From: Plasmodiophora brassicae
Taxonomy: Eukaryota
Length of the DNA stretch: 64,000 nt
Reading direction: 5' to 3'
Assembly (NCBI GenBank): GCA_036867785.1
Contig: CP145417.1
Location: 1,054,001 to 1,118,000, forward strand
Below are positions 1 through 13,000 of the stretch, piece after piece. The notes beneath the pieces were generated by a model. It was given only the letters and a program-made list of their open reading frames with translations. It was not told the origin of the DNA and searched no databases. A program made the translations under genes and the position numbers. Position 1 is the stretch's first letter. Each line of letters begins with the position of its first letter.

Positions 1-1191
1 GACGTCGACCTCGCGGGCCTCTGCCTGAAGGTCCTGGCCGGGAACATGACCCGCATGGACAGCAGGGACATCGCCAGCATGCTCGCGTCCGTCAGCGCCG
101 TCAGCGCCATCAAATACGACCCCGCCTGTACGCTGCGCGCTCAGCGCCATGTCCTGGTCCGTTAGCTGACGCGTCGTCGTCGTCGTCGTCGTGGCTGTGC
201 AGATCAGGAGCTGGTCATAGCGGCGCGGTCGCGCGTCCACGAGATGACGTTCGTGAACCTGTCCAAGATGCTGCTGGGGGCGCAGCGCGAACCGACCGAC
301 GTCGAGCTGATGACGCTGATCGGCGACAAGGTCGCCGCCCTGTCCGACGACATTGTCGTCCCCGACAAGTTCTGCGGGTCGTTCGCCGCCACGTTCGGCC
401 TGGCGCGCCTCTGGCACGAACCCGTCCTGAAGCGCCTCGTCGGCGACATGCACAAGCAGTTGCCGTCGGGCGTCGACGACGAAGCCATGGCCAGGCTGCT
501 GCTGGCGCTGGCGACGTTCGCCCGGCCCGTGCCGGCCGCGTTCCTCGACGCCGTCGTCAAGACGCTGCCGACGTTCTTCGCCAAGTCCATGGTCGCCGTC
601 CACGTCATCCGCGTCGCCTGGGCCATGGCCGTGTTTGACGTCCGGCTGGACGGGCGCTGCCTGGACGCGGTCACGCTCGGCCTGGCCCGCGTCGGCGCGT
701 TCCTGGCCGAACCGCACTACCAGCTCCTGTACGACGTGTTCCTGCACGTGTACGGCGACCTGGGGCGCGTGCCCACGCCGCTCCTGTCCATCGCCGCCCA
801 CTGCTTCGCGCTGCGCTCCAAGCGCTCGAACCGGCGGCCCGTGCCGATCGCGTTCGCCGCCGTCGTCGCCGTCCTGCACGAGATGTCGCTGCCGTTCACG
901 AGCGCCGCCCGCGTCGGCAGCACCGCGTATCGCGCCGATTTCGTCCTGGAGCGCCACCGGGTCGCCATCTTCACCGACGACCCGTGCCGGTGCGCCGTCG
1001 GCACCCGGCACCTGCTCGGCCACGACGTCGTCTGCGAGCGGCACCTGCGCCGCCTGGGCTGGCACGTCGTCCGGTACCCGTACTGGGACTTTGCCGTCGG
1101 CGCCGACCTGCTCAAGGCCGACCTCGCCAGGGCGATCGCCGCCGCCCGAGACGACGACGAACAACAACAGGAAGACGACGACGATGCGTGA
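1..1191 (+). CDS. RAP-domain (FASTK/OPR-like) RNA-binding protein, 5' end outside window
   Basis: Helical-repeat body followed by a C-terminal RAP-like motif YRADFVL..VAIFTDDP..LLGHDVVCERHLRRLGWHVVRYPYWDF. Probable GT-AG intron at ~128-203. Confidence 0.75.
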
Positions 1192-1200
1192 CGCGTTCCT

Positions 1201-1983
1201 TCATTTCTGTGTGCCCGGCGCCGTGCTGGATCGGCGTCGTTCCGCGTCGGCGATGCACTTGAGGATGCCCTGGCACCAGGCGTCGCGGTCGACGGCGCTG
1301 GTGGCGACCAGCAGGTACTGGCGGGCGCGGGTCATGACGGCGAACGCGAACGGGCGGTCGACGGCCGCCGTCGTGTTCGGCAGGAGGTAGGCGCCGAGCA
1401 GCGGGATCGACCCGAGGCAGTTGATGGCGTGGCCCTCGGGCACGTCGCGGAAGTAGAACAGGTGGGGGTCGGCGCCGCCGACCAGCGCGCCGAACCGCTC
1501 GTGCCAGGTCGGGCGCGCGCCGCCCTGCTTCCAGATCGTGCCCCGGTGCGTCGCTCGGGCCAGGTGGTGCCAGGCCGGCGTCCTCGACGTCGGGAGCGGG
1601 TCCGGCGACCGCCCCCGATGCGCGCCGATCGCCCCGGTCAGCCAGGCGACCCACTGGGCGGCGCTGTCGCGCCCGTTCGCCACCAGATGGTACGTCTTCG
1701 CCTTCGTCCCCAGGCGGATCTCGTACGGGCGACGGTCGTTGCCGTCGGGCACCTCGATGGCCGCCTCGCCGAGGTCGATGCAGCCGGCGGGCAGCGAGTC
1801 GGACGCGTCCTTGAAGTACGACAGGTAGCGGCCGTGCAGGACGAAGAACCGCTTCTGGTACTTGTCGCCGCGCGTCCCGCTGCGCTTCTCCAGGAACCCG
1901 CTCCGGGCGATGCCCGGCGGCGACCCGGCCGGCGGCCCAGGCGCCACGCTACGTCGCGCGTTGTCGTCGTCGTCGTCGCTCAT
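1201..1983 (-). CDS. Tandem pleckstrin-homology (PH-PH) domain protein
   Basis: RSGFLEKR..YQKRFFVLHGRYLSYFKD...AAQWVAWL, then a second PH HRGTIWKQGG..WHERF..LFYF...DRDAWCQGI. Intronless, ATG at 1983. Confidence 0.85.
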   Translation of the reverse strand: MSDDDDDNARRSVAPGPPAGSPPGIARSGFLEKRSGTRGDKYQKRFFVLHGRYLSYFKDASDSLPAGCIDLGEAAIEVPDGNDRRPYEIRLGTKAKTYHLVANGRDSAAQWVAWLTGAIGAHRGRSPDPLPTSRTPAWHHLARATHRGTIWKQGGARPTWHERFGALVGGADPHLFYFRDVPEGHAINCLGSIPLLGAYLLPNTTAAVDRPFAFAVMTRARQYLLVATSAVDRDAWCQGILKCIADAERRRSSTAPGTQK

Positions 1984-2166
1984 TCGTCTACCGGTACTGG
2001 TCAAGCGCGCCTAAATCGGGGCAGGACCTCGGCGGCGCCCAACAACGGAAATAGACGTGGGGCGGCCCTGTTTGGACGACGACTCGGTTCACCCCATGAA
2101 CGTTCCCCTTCGTCGCGTGTGAATGTGTTTCAGGTTCGTCGGAGGTCGGGTCGGTCGGCATTTCGG

Positions 2167-3400
2167 ATGCGAAGCGCCGCGCTGGTGCTGGTGGTGGTGG
2201 TGGTTGTCGTCATCGCCGCTGGCCACAACGACGTCGTGGACGCCCGGGCGGCGTATGCGACGCGATCGGTGGCCGACCTCGCCGACCTGCGCGCGCTGCC
2301 GGGCACCACGATCCGGTTCCTGCTGAACGTCGCCGGCGATGGCCTCGGGAGGGACGTGCAGGTCCCCGTGATCGTCGTCCGGGTGAGCGCCCATGGACGC
2401 TGTTGGCCGCGCGTCTGACGCCGCTTGTCGTCAGGGTGCCCAGCAAGGCCCGCGCGTGTGCCTGTCGGCCGCGATGCACGGGTGCGTCGTCGTGCCGTCC
2501 TCCCACTCCCTCCGGGAGACCAGCAGCAGCGGCGCTGACCTCCCACTGGACGCAGAGACGAGGTGACGGGCGTCGGCGTCCTGTTCCGCCTGGTGGAGCG
2601 CGTCGAACCGGGCCACCTGCACGGCACGCTGATCATCATGCCAGGTAGGTCGGCGGCGAGTCGCGCGCCCCCGTCCAAATCGCACCGACACCCGGCCGGT
2701 TCCAGTGTTGAACCCGGATGGGTTCCGGCTGCGCCGACGAGGCAACGCGTACGGCAAGGACCTGAACCGGGCGTTCGCGTCGCCGCCCGTCCAGGCGTCG
2801 CTGTACGCGCAGCGCTTGCTGGAGGCGCTGTCCCGCCTGGGCGTCACCCATCACGTCGACCTGCACACGGCCAGCAAGGGGTACACGAACGCGTTCTACG
2901 CCCGGGTCGACATGCGGTCGCCGGCGAGCACGCGGGTCGCGTTCGACCTCGCGCCCGACATCGTTGTCAACAACACGGGGCCGGCGAACTCGTTCCGGCG
3001 GGCGGCGACCGCGATGGGCATCGCGGCCGTCACTGTGGAGATGGGCGGCCCAGACCGCGTCCATGCGCGTCTGGTCCCGGTGGCCGGCCGTGCCGTCGAC
3101 CGCCTGCTTACGTCCATGGGCATGCTGAGCCCGGGGAACGCGCCGAACGGGACGGCGGCGCAGACGTACACGTGCGGGTCGTCCGCCTGGGTGTACAGCC
3201 GGCACGGCGGCCTCGTCAGGGTGTTCCCGGGCGTGAACACGCGCGTCCGCCAGGGCCAGATCCTGGCCGAGGTCCGCGACCTGTTCGGCGCCGTCGTCGA
3301 CAGGCACCACGCCGAGCACGACGCCGTCGTCATTGGCAAGGTCACGGAGCTGCCGTGCCCCGAGGCGTGCCGCATGATCCACCTGGGCCGGCTTCTGTAA
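2167..3400 (+). CDS. Secreted succinylglutamate desuccinylase/aspartoacylase-family (M14) zinc hydrolase, 4 exons
   Basis: Hydrophobic N-terminus. Spliced HG|DE zinc motif, NPDG, DLNRAF, DLHT, TVEMG, and a C-terminal barrel GLVRVFPGVNTRVRQGQILAEV. Introns at ~2383-2435, ~2482-2555 and ~2645-2705. Confidence 0.85.
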
Positions 3401-4020
3401 CAAACGATACGCAGCGTCGGTCCGGCAGGCGGCTGAACACACACACACACCCTCAGGCAGAACGATACTCGGCGCACCGAGCCACTGCGTTCCGGCGACG
3501 CACCGGGGCAGACGTCTGCGGCGCCGATGAGGCGCCCCCTTTTTGTGTCGAGTGCCGATCATTCGCGGCGGCGTACGGACTGCGGAGCGGTCTGCGCAGT
3601 CCGTGGGACTGCCGCAGCGCACCAAGTTGGTCGACGACCTCGCTCAACGTCAATGCACGGTGCCACCGCGTCCGTCCTCAACCGCTAGTCGCGTCCGTGC
3701 AGAGCGTGCGCTGTCCTGGGCGGATTTACCGGACGCATTTGGCCGTTCGGATCACGGGTGCACTAGTGCCCCTATCGGTGCGGATGCCGGCATGTCCATC
3801 GATCCCGGGTGCGTTCAGCGGCGGCGTTCGCTGCGCGCTGCTGGGTGCCCCCGGCGTCGATGGGCATTTGGGCTTGCGCACGCCAACCCCCGTGATCATC
3901 ACCATCGACGCAGACGACGTAATGGCAATATGGCTACTGGCACGATAGTGCGCAGGCTCACGTTGAGATTTCGCGCAGACGCCGGCAGCCGATGACAAAG
4001 AATGGGCAATGTCAGCTCGC

Positions 4021-5380
4021 TCAGGCCGCTGTCCGATAGAGCGCATCGTGCGGCCCGAGGCCGTGCTCGACGGTTGGTTGACATATCCTACCAAATCCAC
4101 GGTTCGCGCACTCCACTGACCCACTGCATAGTCGAACATACTCGGCCTCGGTCGTTGACAGCGCCACGATCTTCTGCAGTACTGACTTCCAGGCAATCAT
4201 ACAGTTGACGAACTTCATCGTGTATCCGGTCGTGGTTCATCCTGTATCGGGGCAGCCTGCATGATCAGAATCCACGACCAATTTCAGTATCTCGTCTTGC
4301 TCAGATCCAGCGTACTTCAGCGCCATAGTCTTCGTGAGCTTCAGGTACCTCAACACTCTCTTTGCGGCCTCGTAGTTGCTCATGAATCTGCACAGCTTTC
4401 CCACCACAAATGCGATGTCGGGCCTCGTACCAGTGAGGTACAGTAGAGATCCAGCCACTCCCGGTACGGCAGCTCCTTCCACCTTGTCCGCTCTTCTTCA
4501 GTTTTCGGACTCCCCCGTGCTGATATTGCCTCGCCCTTCTGGACCGGTGTGATTACGCCCTTTGCGTCTGTCAGGTGGAATTTGTTCAAGAGCATGTCGA
4601 CGGACGACGCTTGACTCAGGTACACGCCTCCATGTTGGTCCCCAGCATCCACTCGAACTTGCTCTCCTCAACCGTGACCTTGTCTTTAAGCACGCCATCA
4701 GCCTCGAGCATCATGCGAATTGAACTTCCCACGATTGGGATGTCGTCAACATGAAACGCCACGAACACAACGTCATCGCCATCTCCTTTCTTCAGTAGGC
4801 ACGGATCACTCTTTGCCTAGGTGTCAGGAGGAAAGAAGATCAAGAGGTATGTGAACGACAAAGGGGGCGAATTCGTGTCTAAGGAGCTGCGGGACTATCT
4901 GGAGCCGAAGGCATTGAGATCTGGGGTAGCTTCAAGGTTGCCACCCGCGCCGAGCGTACTTTTACCTGCACCGGTTTCCGACTTGGTCAGAGACTGGCCT
5001 GCCTCGCACATCCCGCAGCTCCTTACATAGATACGAACTCGCCCCCTTTGTCGTTCGCATACCTCTTGATCTTCTTTCCTCCTGACTCCTAGACGGTCGC
5101 AGTACATGTTCTCCAGGAGTCCTTCAGGAGCTCCAGCCACCCGTCTTTCATCCGCAGGGTCAGCATCATGACAGCGACTACATCGATGTCGTCGTCGTCA
5201 TCCACCTGTAACGCCTTCATCGCCCTTGTCCAATTCTGCTTGCAGACGGCCCTGCGGTTGATGCTGTCGACGACCACCTCTCTCGCGAGCTCGTGCTCGG
5301 GCCTCAATGATTCTGTCGCCAGCGTGTCGGTGACGAACGCCTCCTTGATTGGAGGGTGGTCGCGCAACGTAGTAGCCTGT
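4021..5380 (-). mobile_element. Fragmented Ty1/Copia retrotransposon (RT-RNase H, integrase and probable gag remnants)
   Basis: GSLLYLTGTRPDIAFVVGKLCRFMSN, DSDHAGCPDT, IAWKSVLQKIVALSTTEAEY (copia RT/RH). KRYVNDKGGEF (integrase core). Frameshifts present. Confidence 0.9.
4817..5092. repeat. Inverted repeat of a copia integrase fragment (arms ~4817-4894 and ~5011-5092)
   Basis: gtcaggaggaaagaagatcaagaggtatg..aaggagctgcggga versus tcccgcagctcctt..catacctcttgatcttctttcctcctgac. Confidence 0.9.
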
Positions 5381-5645
5381 TAATCACCGTCAGTAGTTCG
5401 GATACTGCGGTGGATGCTTACTTAGGTGTTGTGGTGTCCGTTATTGCCTTTCTGCAGCTTCACAGGCTGTTCGTCAGCAGCACTGCGCGCCGGTTCAGCG
5501 AGATGCCGCAGTGCTGCTGACGAACAGCCTGTGAAGCTGCAGAAAGGCAATAACGGACACCACAACACCTACGTAAGCATCCACCGCAGTATCCGAACTA
5601 CTGACGGTGATTAACAGGCTCCTACGTTGCGCGACCACCCTCCAA
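5349..5645. repeat. Near-perfect long hairpin (139-bp arms, 19-nt loop)
   Basis: 5349-5487 is the reverse complement of 5507-5645 with two mismatches by eye. Confidence 0.95.
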
Positions 5646-6020
5646 ACGCATCCCTGATTCTGGCGAGCGACCCCATGCCCTTCTTGCCCACCTGATCGAT
5701 CGTCCCGTCCGTCATCGCAGCGTCTGAACTACGACTGTTAATCTGTCAGAAATTGGCGGGCCGTGCCAACGCAAATGCAGCAACAGAATGAATTATAGAT
5801 TGCGCAGTCCGCAGATCAGTCTACGGCGTCCGTGGATCCGTGGGCAGCAACCATCCGTCAGGAGGCGGACCACGAACGACGGGATGTGTCAAGCGTACGG
5901 TTGGGAGGTTCGTCAATGCGTCGTAATCACATAGCCAATTGTCGTCTTGCAATGAGCTTGATGTGTAGCCATTCAAGATTCAGTAGTACTGCAACATGCG
6001 TGAGATTTCTCGTTTGCTGT

Positions 6021-6513
6021 TTGTGCAAAGCTGGATGCATAGCCATCCCCGGTGCAGGGCTACAGAAACTGGCGCCAGATTTCTCGTCTGCTGTCAACGT
6101 TGGAGGACAACCCGAACATCGCCTTGGACAGTGTTCTGCATGGGTGTTCTAGGCTGACGAATCAACCTGGGGTAAACAGCTGTAGTAACACTCAGCACTA
6201 CAAGTTCCATTTCAGGAGAGGAAGTTTGCTCAAGTGGGCCCGGCCCTGCGGCGCAAGGCCGGCAACACGACAGACCCACGCGCGCTTAGGAGCTCCTCCT
6301 GAGTGAGCTCTGGGCAGACCTTCCTGATAGTTGGCCGGAAATATTCAAACAGCTGATTTCCCCAATTGATATTCGTCCAGCCTCGAAGGCCCCAGCAGAA
6401 CACAGTCCAAGGCGATGTTCGGATTGTCCTCCAACATCGACAACAGACGAGAAATCTCGCGCCAGTTTCTGTAGCCCTGGACCGGGGATGGCTGTGCATC
6501 CAGCTTTGAACAA
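6021..6513. repeat. Diverged inverted repeat of a coding-like fragment (arms ~6021-6183 and ~6348-6513)
   Basis: Both strands translate to QGYRNWR[Q/E]ISRLLS[T/M]LEDNPNIALD. Confidence 0.9.
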
Positions 6514-7050
6514 GCTTCTTTGGACTTTAAGCGCAATTTGATGGACGTGCCATGCTCGCATGACGTCTGCAACTGTGCGACCGTTCGGGCGACCACCCGC
6601 GTCGCGGTCTGGATCAACGTCCTGCCGACCCAAGTCGACCGTGCAGATCGACGACGGCGCGCCGCCCTTCGGACCATGACGATTCCGGTACCTGGTGCGG
6701 GTTCATGTCATTGCATAGGTTTGCCCACGCCAAACGGAAACTGACGCACCGATTGAAGTCCCCTTCCAGGCAGGTCACGGGCGGCCTTGGTAACTAACTG
6801 CTGGTTCGCCTATGGGTTCATGTGGCCGGGCCTGAGGAGACCAGTCGCAGTCAATCGAACGGGACATGCGACTGAGAGCGCGGAAGGACGCTGGGTACCC
6901 GTGGAATAATCGACTGAGCTGTCCCGCCTTTCGCACACGTACTACTGTGCCGACACCCGGGCGCCTGCATATCCCTCAGTACCGTGTATCGCAGGGGCTG
7001 GCGTGGTCGGCACTGTATAAATTAGCTTGATGTATTATTGGGTGTGGATG

Positions 7051-10000
7051 TCATGACTCGGGGCCATTGTTGAAGTCGAACCCGGGGCGCGATATTCGAA
7101 TACGTGGTTGTTTCAGGGACGCGTACGGTGCCATGGACGGGGCCGCCTCTGCCAGCGCCTCCGAATGCATGTCCGACGCGATACCGTCGTCCGGTATGGT
7201 GCCCATGGACATATCGCTGAAGTTGCTGTCCAGGGATTGCATGCGCGCGCTCTGGACCGCTGCAGGTTCGACAGGACGGGGTTCGGGCGCGTCCAGGTCC
7301 AGGTCATCCATGTCGCCCTCCTCGTCTTTCTCGGCAATGTCGCCGATGCTGACGCGAGCGTGCGGAGCGAACGAGTCGTTCAGGCCGTCATCCGACATGG
7401 AGACACCCAGTCTGTCCGCATCATCGTCCACACCAGACGCCGGCCGTAATAACGACGCAGCATCAGTGCTGCCCAGCACAATGGACAGGCGCAGGGGCGG
7501 CGTCTGAGCGGGCTCGTCGTCGCCGGATGACACTTCAACATCCTCGCTCTCAGCGATGTCGCCCAGTGGGGACATGGGCGCCAACTCGTGCGTCTCGGGA
7601 GCGTCGGCATTCTCAGGCGTCGACACGTACAGCGTCGACAAATCGCGTATCAACGACACGACGGGCCCGTCGAAGAACTTGACGCAATCGATGGCTGTCT
7701 TCGGGTCCACTGGTCCCGACGAGCAGTCGATGCGAATCGTCGGCGTGGCGCGCATTGGCTGGGTGGACGATCGGACGAACTGGAGAGCCCCCTTGTGGTA
7801 CGATGACGGCGCCTTCTCGAAGAGGCGATCGCACACGACTTCGGACGCAGACACGGTCTCGACATCGGGCGAACACGAGCAACGCATGAGGATGTCGCCC
7901 AGCTAGCGGCGCGGTGTTAGATAGGTTCGAGGAGCACGGATGACACGCAGCAAACCTTGGAGAAATGATGTGGAGTGACGTCGAATTCGAGCCCGACAAA
8001 CAGCGAATCCAGTAGCCATAGGCACGGCTTGGCCCAGGACGACAGATCCGGGGAGCACAGCATGTCCTCGAGGAAGTCAACCACGAAGGTCGGGTTCGTC
8101 ATGGCGGCAGACACGAACAGCTCACGTGTGACTTCGGGTATGGCACGCAGGAGATCATCCGCGGATAGAATACCATCTGGCATCCTGCACATGTTGTCAA
8201 CGAGGGGACGCACACAGTGAGGGATGACGGCAATACCCTGAATGGCCTGGTAAACTTTGCAGATCGCGGTTCACGATCACCGAGAGCCGAGACACGCGAC
8301 GGCTAATAGAATGGCGTTTGGGTCCCGCAGCGGCTCTGATGACTGATGACCGACGGCGCTTGTCTTCGGGGACCGGTTCCGATGCGCCGGTCGATCGCCG
8401 GTGTCGAAGATAGGGCGAGTCATCAGTGCCGGAACAGATCGCGATTACGACCCGATGTAAGATGACAAGGTATGGAGAAGCCTTGGGTCGGACACTGTCC
8501 AACAGAGCAATCGTGTCGTGAATCAAACTGTCCGCCAGGAGCCCTTTACGCGTTTCCAGTTCGATCATCAGCGCAAGAACGGCAGCAACGATGACAAGGT
8601 CAACCACTGTAGCCTCGGTCGGCAGAGCACGTCCCAGAACCAACTATAATGAAACAGCACAGTCACTGGACAACGAAAGTGCAGTGAGCATTGCAACAGA
8701 CCAGCAGTTTGAAGGTACCGGGATACGTCGACTCAGCCTGTAAGCCTTTCGCCACGACGGACGACACACCATCGTTACCGCAGAATGACCAAATGGGGCG
8801 AAGATCTGAAAGAATATGATCCTTGTTGTCAGGCACGTTCGTCACCGAAGAGCAGTGATCCAAGAGGCGCAGTCCAAGGCTGAACACTGGCAGTGAATTG
8901 TGTGTCAGCAGCCCTAGACCGCAAACAAAGTGGAGAGTCCATTCTGTCGACAAGGATAAGTGAACTAGATGAAACGATAGAAATGTTAACAATATGCGGG
9001 AAATCGTACCTGGCCCGGTCCATTGACGTTGTTGGGGAACCCCGCAAAGCAGGTCGACTGTATCCGCCAGGGTCGCCACATCTCGATCGAACAGGGCGCG
9101 CCGCAATCGCATCGCCATGTGCATTCCAACACGAAGGTCGAACCATACATTTAGAGAGCGGTAAATGACGAGCGATCGTTCGGATACTTGGCGATCCGGG
9201 CATTGCATGGCCCACGCTAGCGCGATCTGGCACCACTGCCGAGCGAGTCGCGGTTGACGCTTCGCCAGTACCCCGGCTAGTCGATCCGAGGTCACAGGTT
9301 TATCTGGCGTCAACGGGATGCCAAAGTCCAGCGCCACAAACGATAGGATCTGCGACAGGGACGGGTGCTTGAGAGCAGACGCACTGTGGGCACACGCAAG
9401 CATCAGCAGAAGCAGCGGATACGTAAAAGGAAGCTGACCTTTGAAGCAGCAGAGCAAAACTGTCTCGAAGGTGCGCTGGACTCTCGAATATGATGTCTGT
9501 GAGCAAGTGGAGAGCAATCGTTGACATCTCCCAGCCCTGATCTTGGTGCATACAGTTATTCGAAGGAGACGAATGGGCGACGGCGTTAGCGATTTCTTGC
9601 AAAGGGCAGTCATCCACGAAACTCTTGATGCAATGAAGTTGATAGGCGACTGTGTGCAGAGCAACTCAGAAGTTAGCGGACGAAAGTGCCAATGTGCAGA
9701 CCTAGAGAATCGCCGATCGGGCTACGGAAGAGGAAAATATGGACCTTCTTGCAGAGATCTGGCTCTCTGGGAAATTGCAAATGAAGGAACCTTGTCACGA
9801 CCGTCAGCACAAGAGAGTGGTTTGCGCCTCCAACCGCCTTCCAGATGCGCGACAACTGCTCATCCATAGACGGCATGGACTCGACCTGCTTGGTCAGACG
9901 AAGCAGCGATGTCAAGACAGGAAGGACAAGCGGTCCAGAGCCAGTTTCTTTCTCGAATAACCGGTGATCCTCGCTGATCGGGACCCGACTCAAGTTTCGA

Positions 10001-13000
10001 GACGACAGCGAAAGCAACGAGCCGAACTGCTCAACCCAGGGCAGAATGAGCTGTAGAAGAGCACGAACATAATTCTCTGGCACGTTCGCAGCGAAATAAC
10101 AGACACCATCGACGAGCGCGGACAGACATAATGGGAATCGTTCGGCAACGTTGCGGGATATCTGAACGGCGCGATACAGGCAAATATCCAGAGAATCATG
10201 AGCGACGTTACCCGAGCCAGCGACGATGTCGCCGAATTCCGGCTGCAGTAACCCCAGCAGCTCGAGCGCATGTCTCCGAATGCTAGTAGCGGGGCACGCC
10301 TTCATCACATTGCTGTCAGTTCGATTCCCAAAACGATAAGTTTCGGCAGATGTTTTACCTGAAGAAGAAGAGCGTCGACAAGCAGGGTGCAAGGATGCCT
10401 TGCTAACTCTTGACCGTCGCCCGGCAGATCACCAGCGACAAGGAGTTCCAAAGTCGGCAGCTCACCAACGAATTCCGACCGCTGAAGGCAGCCTTGGCTG
10501 ACGTTGTGGACCACAGCCATCAGGTAGCAGTCGGCAAGCGCGGGTGATGTGTTCGCGTCGCAGGCGCGCACCAGAAACTTTAGCAATTGTGCCGGATGAA
10601 ATTTCAGGACAGCAGAGAACGCCTTCGACATTTGCAGGTTCCTCTCGACCATCGTCTCTAATCATTGATCCATTATCAAAGCAATTCCAATTTTCCACAG
10701 CGACGAAATTACCAAGCCATCGCAAGACTGATATTAGAAGAGCAGAGTCTGAAATCGTCCCCATATTTGCGAGTTCTGTTACCGCTTCGCAAGCAGCGGT
10801 TTCGACCTAGGATATCTTCAGATGTACCCAAAGATTGGCAGCAGGGAAATGCACACACCTTCCGCTTCAATTCATCGTTCCGATCAGTCCGCTCCAGCGC
10901 TTTCGCCAACACCTGTTCCGTTATGAACAGGAACAGGGTTCGGCGCTGTTGCAGCTGGTGGTCGGCGGCCGACGGCCGTCTGGACACTATGTTAGAACAA
11001 CGTGCGGCCAACAATGACATTTCAACTTACGACGACCGGGAATGAGTCGGCGATGAAATGTCGTGACGCAAGCTCCTACAAGTGCATAGAGTCAACAATT
11101 CCAGTGACAGCAGATGGCATGCATGTGAGACTTTGGAGAGGTAGCAGTAGCGAGCGACGTAGAAACGCTCGCGGCAGGGACCAGTAATGAGGTCTGGATT
11201 TGATCTGTCGCCTCAAGAGCAGAGCCTTGAGAGATGATATAGTTGAAAAACTTGAAGTACTTGGAGAGGATCGAAAGCATGGATTTGTATACGGAAACAT
11301 CAGCATCATTTAACCTGGCAGCGAAAGTCAGGCACACTAAAACGGACGCTCGGGAAATACTGACAGCGCAGCGTTGTTCGCCGAAGTCCAGTGTGAGACA
11401 AAGTCCATTATATGCGAGGGAACCGTTTTGAACGTTGCAAAGACTGCGTCGTCGACGTTGTAAAGGAACCGGTCATAAAGAGCAAGTGTTCGGGGATGGA
11501 AGAAAAATTCGCTTTCAGGATCCAGATTCTTGGCTCGCGAATTCTTTTTCCTTCTGCAAAATCCCATTAACCCTCGCATGAACGTGTACCGACGAAAGGC
11601 ATTCCCACATCGTATTCGGGCCATACGACGGCGATAAGACGGACAGCTTCAAATTGTGAGCAATCGAGTCGAAAACAGACGAATGCGTCATTGCTAGGGC
11701 CCGCTTCAGGTCGTACCAGACCTAGCGGCCGTCAGGGTGTCACTAGACGTCGACAGCGAAACAGTCGTACCTGATCGGACGAGAAACGGGAGAGAGTGAA
11801 AACGTGCTGCGAAAATGTCGTAATATCGGAAAGAGACAACTCGAGTGTGATGAAGGACTGGCGAACACCTAGACATGCAATAATACATAAGCAACAGTAC
11901 ATGAGCGGTACAGTTGGAGAACTGACTCTGAAGAGATTCCCGCTTCGTATTGTAGTCGACCTTGATTTTCGCAGTGGTGCATTCGACGAACGATGCAGAC
12001 TGGGCTCGAACTCCCAAACACACGAACTGTAGATGGTTTCTCCATAAAGCATACTGCTCGGATTTGCAATGGACCGGGTCGTTTTCGATCACGAAGGTCA
12101 TGCGTTCCACCGCAAACGACCACGCCCAGGCAATCACGCCCTTGAACAGCTGGTAGTGTTTCTTCAGAAAGGAATACAATTCTGGGCAATGATCCAAGTT
12201 CGCCTCAGTTGAGGGATCCGGCTTCAGATAATCCGCCAGAAGCTCCAGACGGCGTTCCCGTTGTAATTCTGTCACTGAGTGCTGGCCGATTGCAGTGGGG
12301 GATTGTTCGAGTTGCCGTAATCCATCTGACTCCCAAATCTTCAGAAGTGACCAAGCTTCACGGCGAACGAACGATTCCGGGTGGCACAACCACAGAAGGC
12401 AAACACTCTCCAGGTGGTGCCGCATGGCAATCCAGCATTCAAACGGAACTCGCGATGCACCGCCCCTGCCACGGTTGTTCGTGACGAGAAACTCGTCATA
12501 TGTGACAAGGATGACCTTCGCATTGTTCATCGTCCGAATCTGCAACTGGATATCCATTTCATGGAGTCGAACGAGGACGTCGACTAGAGCATAGAGCGAC
12601 AGAATGAGGCTGCTCTCTGGATCTCGGATCGCATAACGATGCAGGGCGCCCGAAGCCGAAACCGAAATGGTGTGGTTCGAGTCAAGCGTCAAGGCCGCCA
12701 CTCGGATACCAGTTGTTTTGACACGTTCAGGTTTCGAGTGGCAAATGATTGGGAAGCAGGACAGTGCTGAACACAGCACTTGTGCATCCTGGGTGTCGCC
12801 TTCGATTAAACTGCAGCAGTGGACGGGTCAGATGGGCAACCGGCCAGCTGCTGAGACATACGCTGATATAAGGGGCCCGAGCGTGTAATTGTAGTTCTCG
12901 ATTTCGCTGGGCCTGTCCTCGGCAATGAGTGCCAATGCCGACAGCACGACACGTTTCGTTGAATCCAGGTGCCCCGATTTGACTTTGAGGACGGAGGCGG

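Noticed and set aside
2563-3948. 461-aa plus-strand ORF
   Set aside because: Only its first ~27 codons are an exon of the M14 gene; the rest is an off-frame GC-rich read-through.
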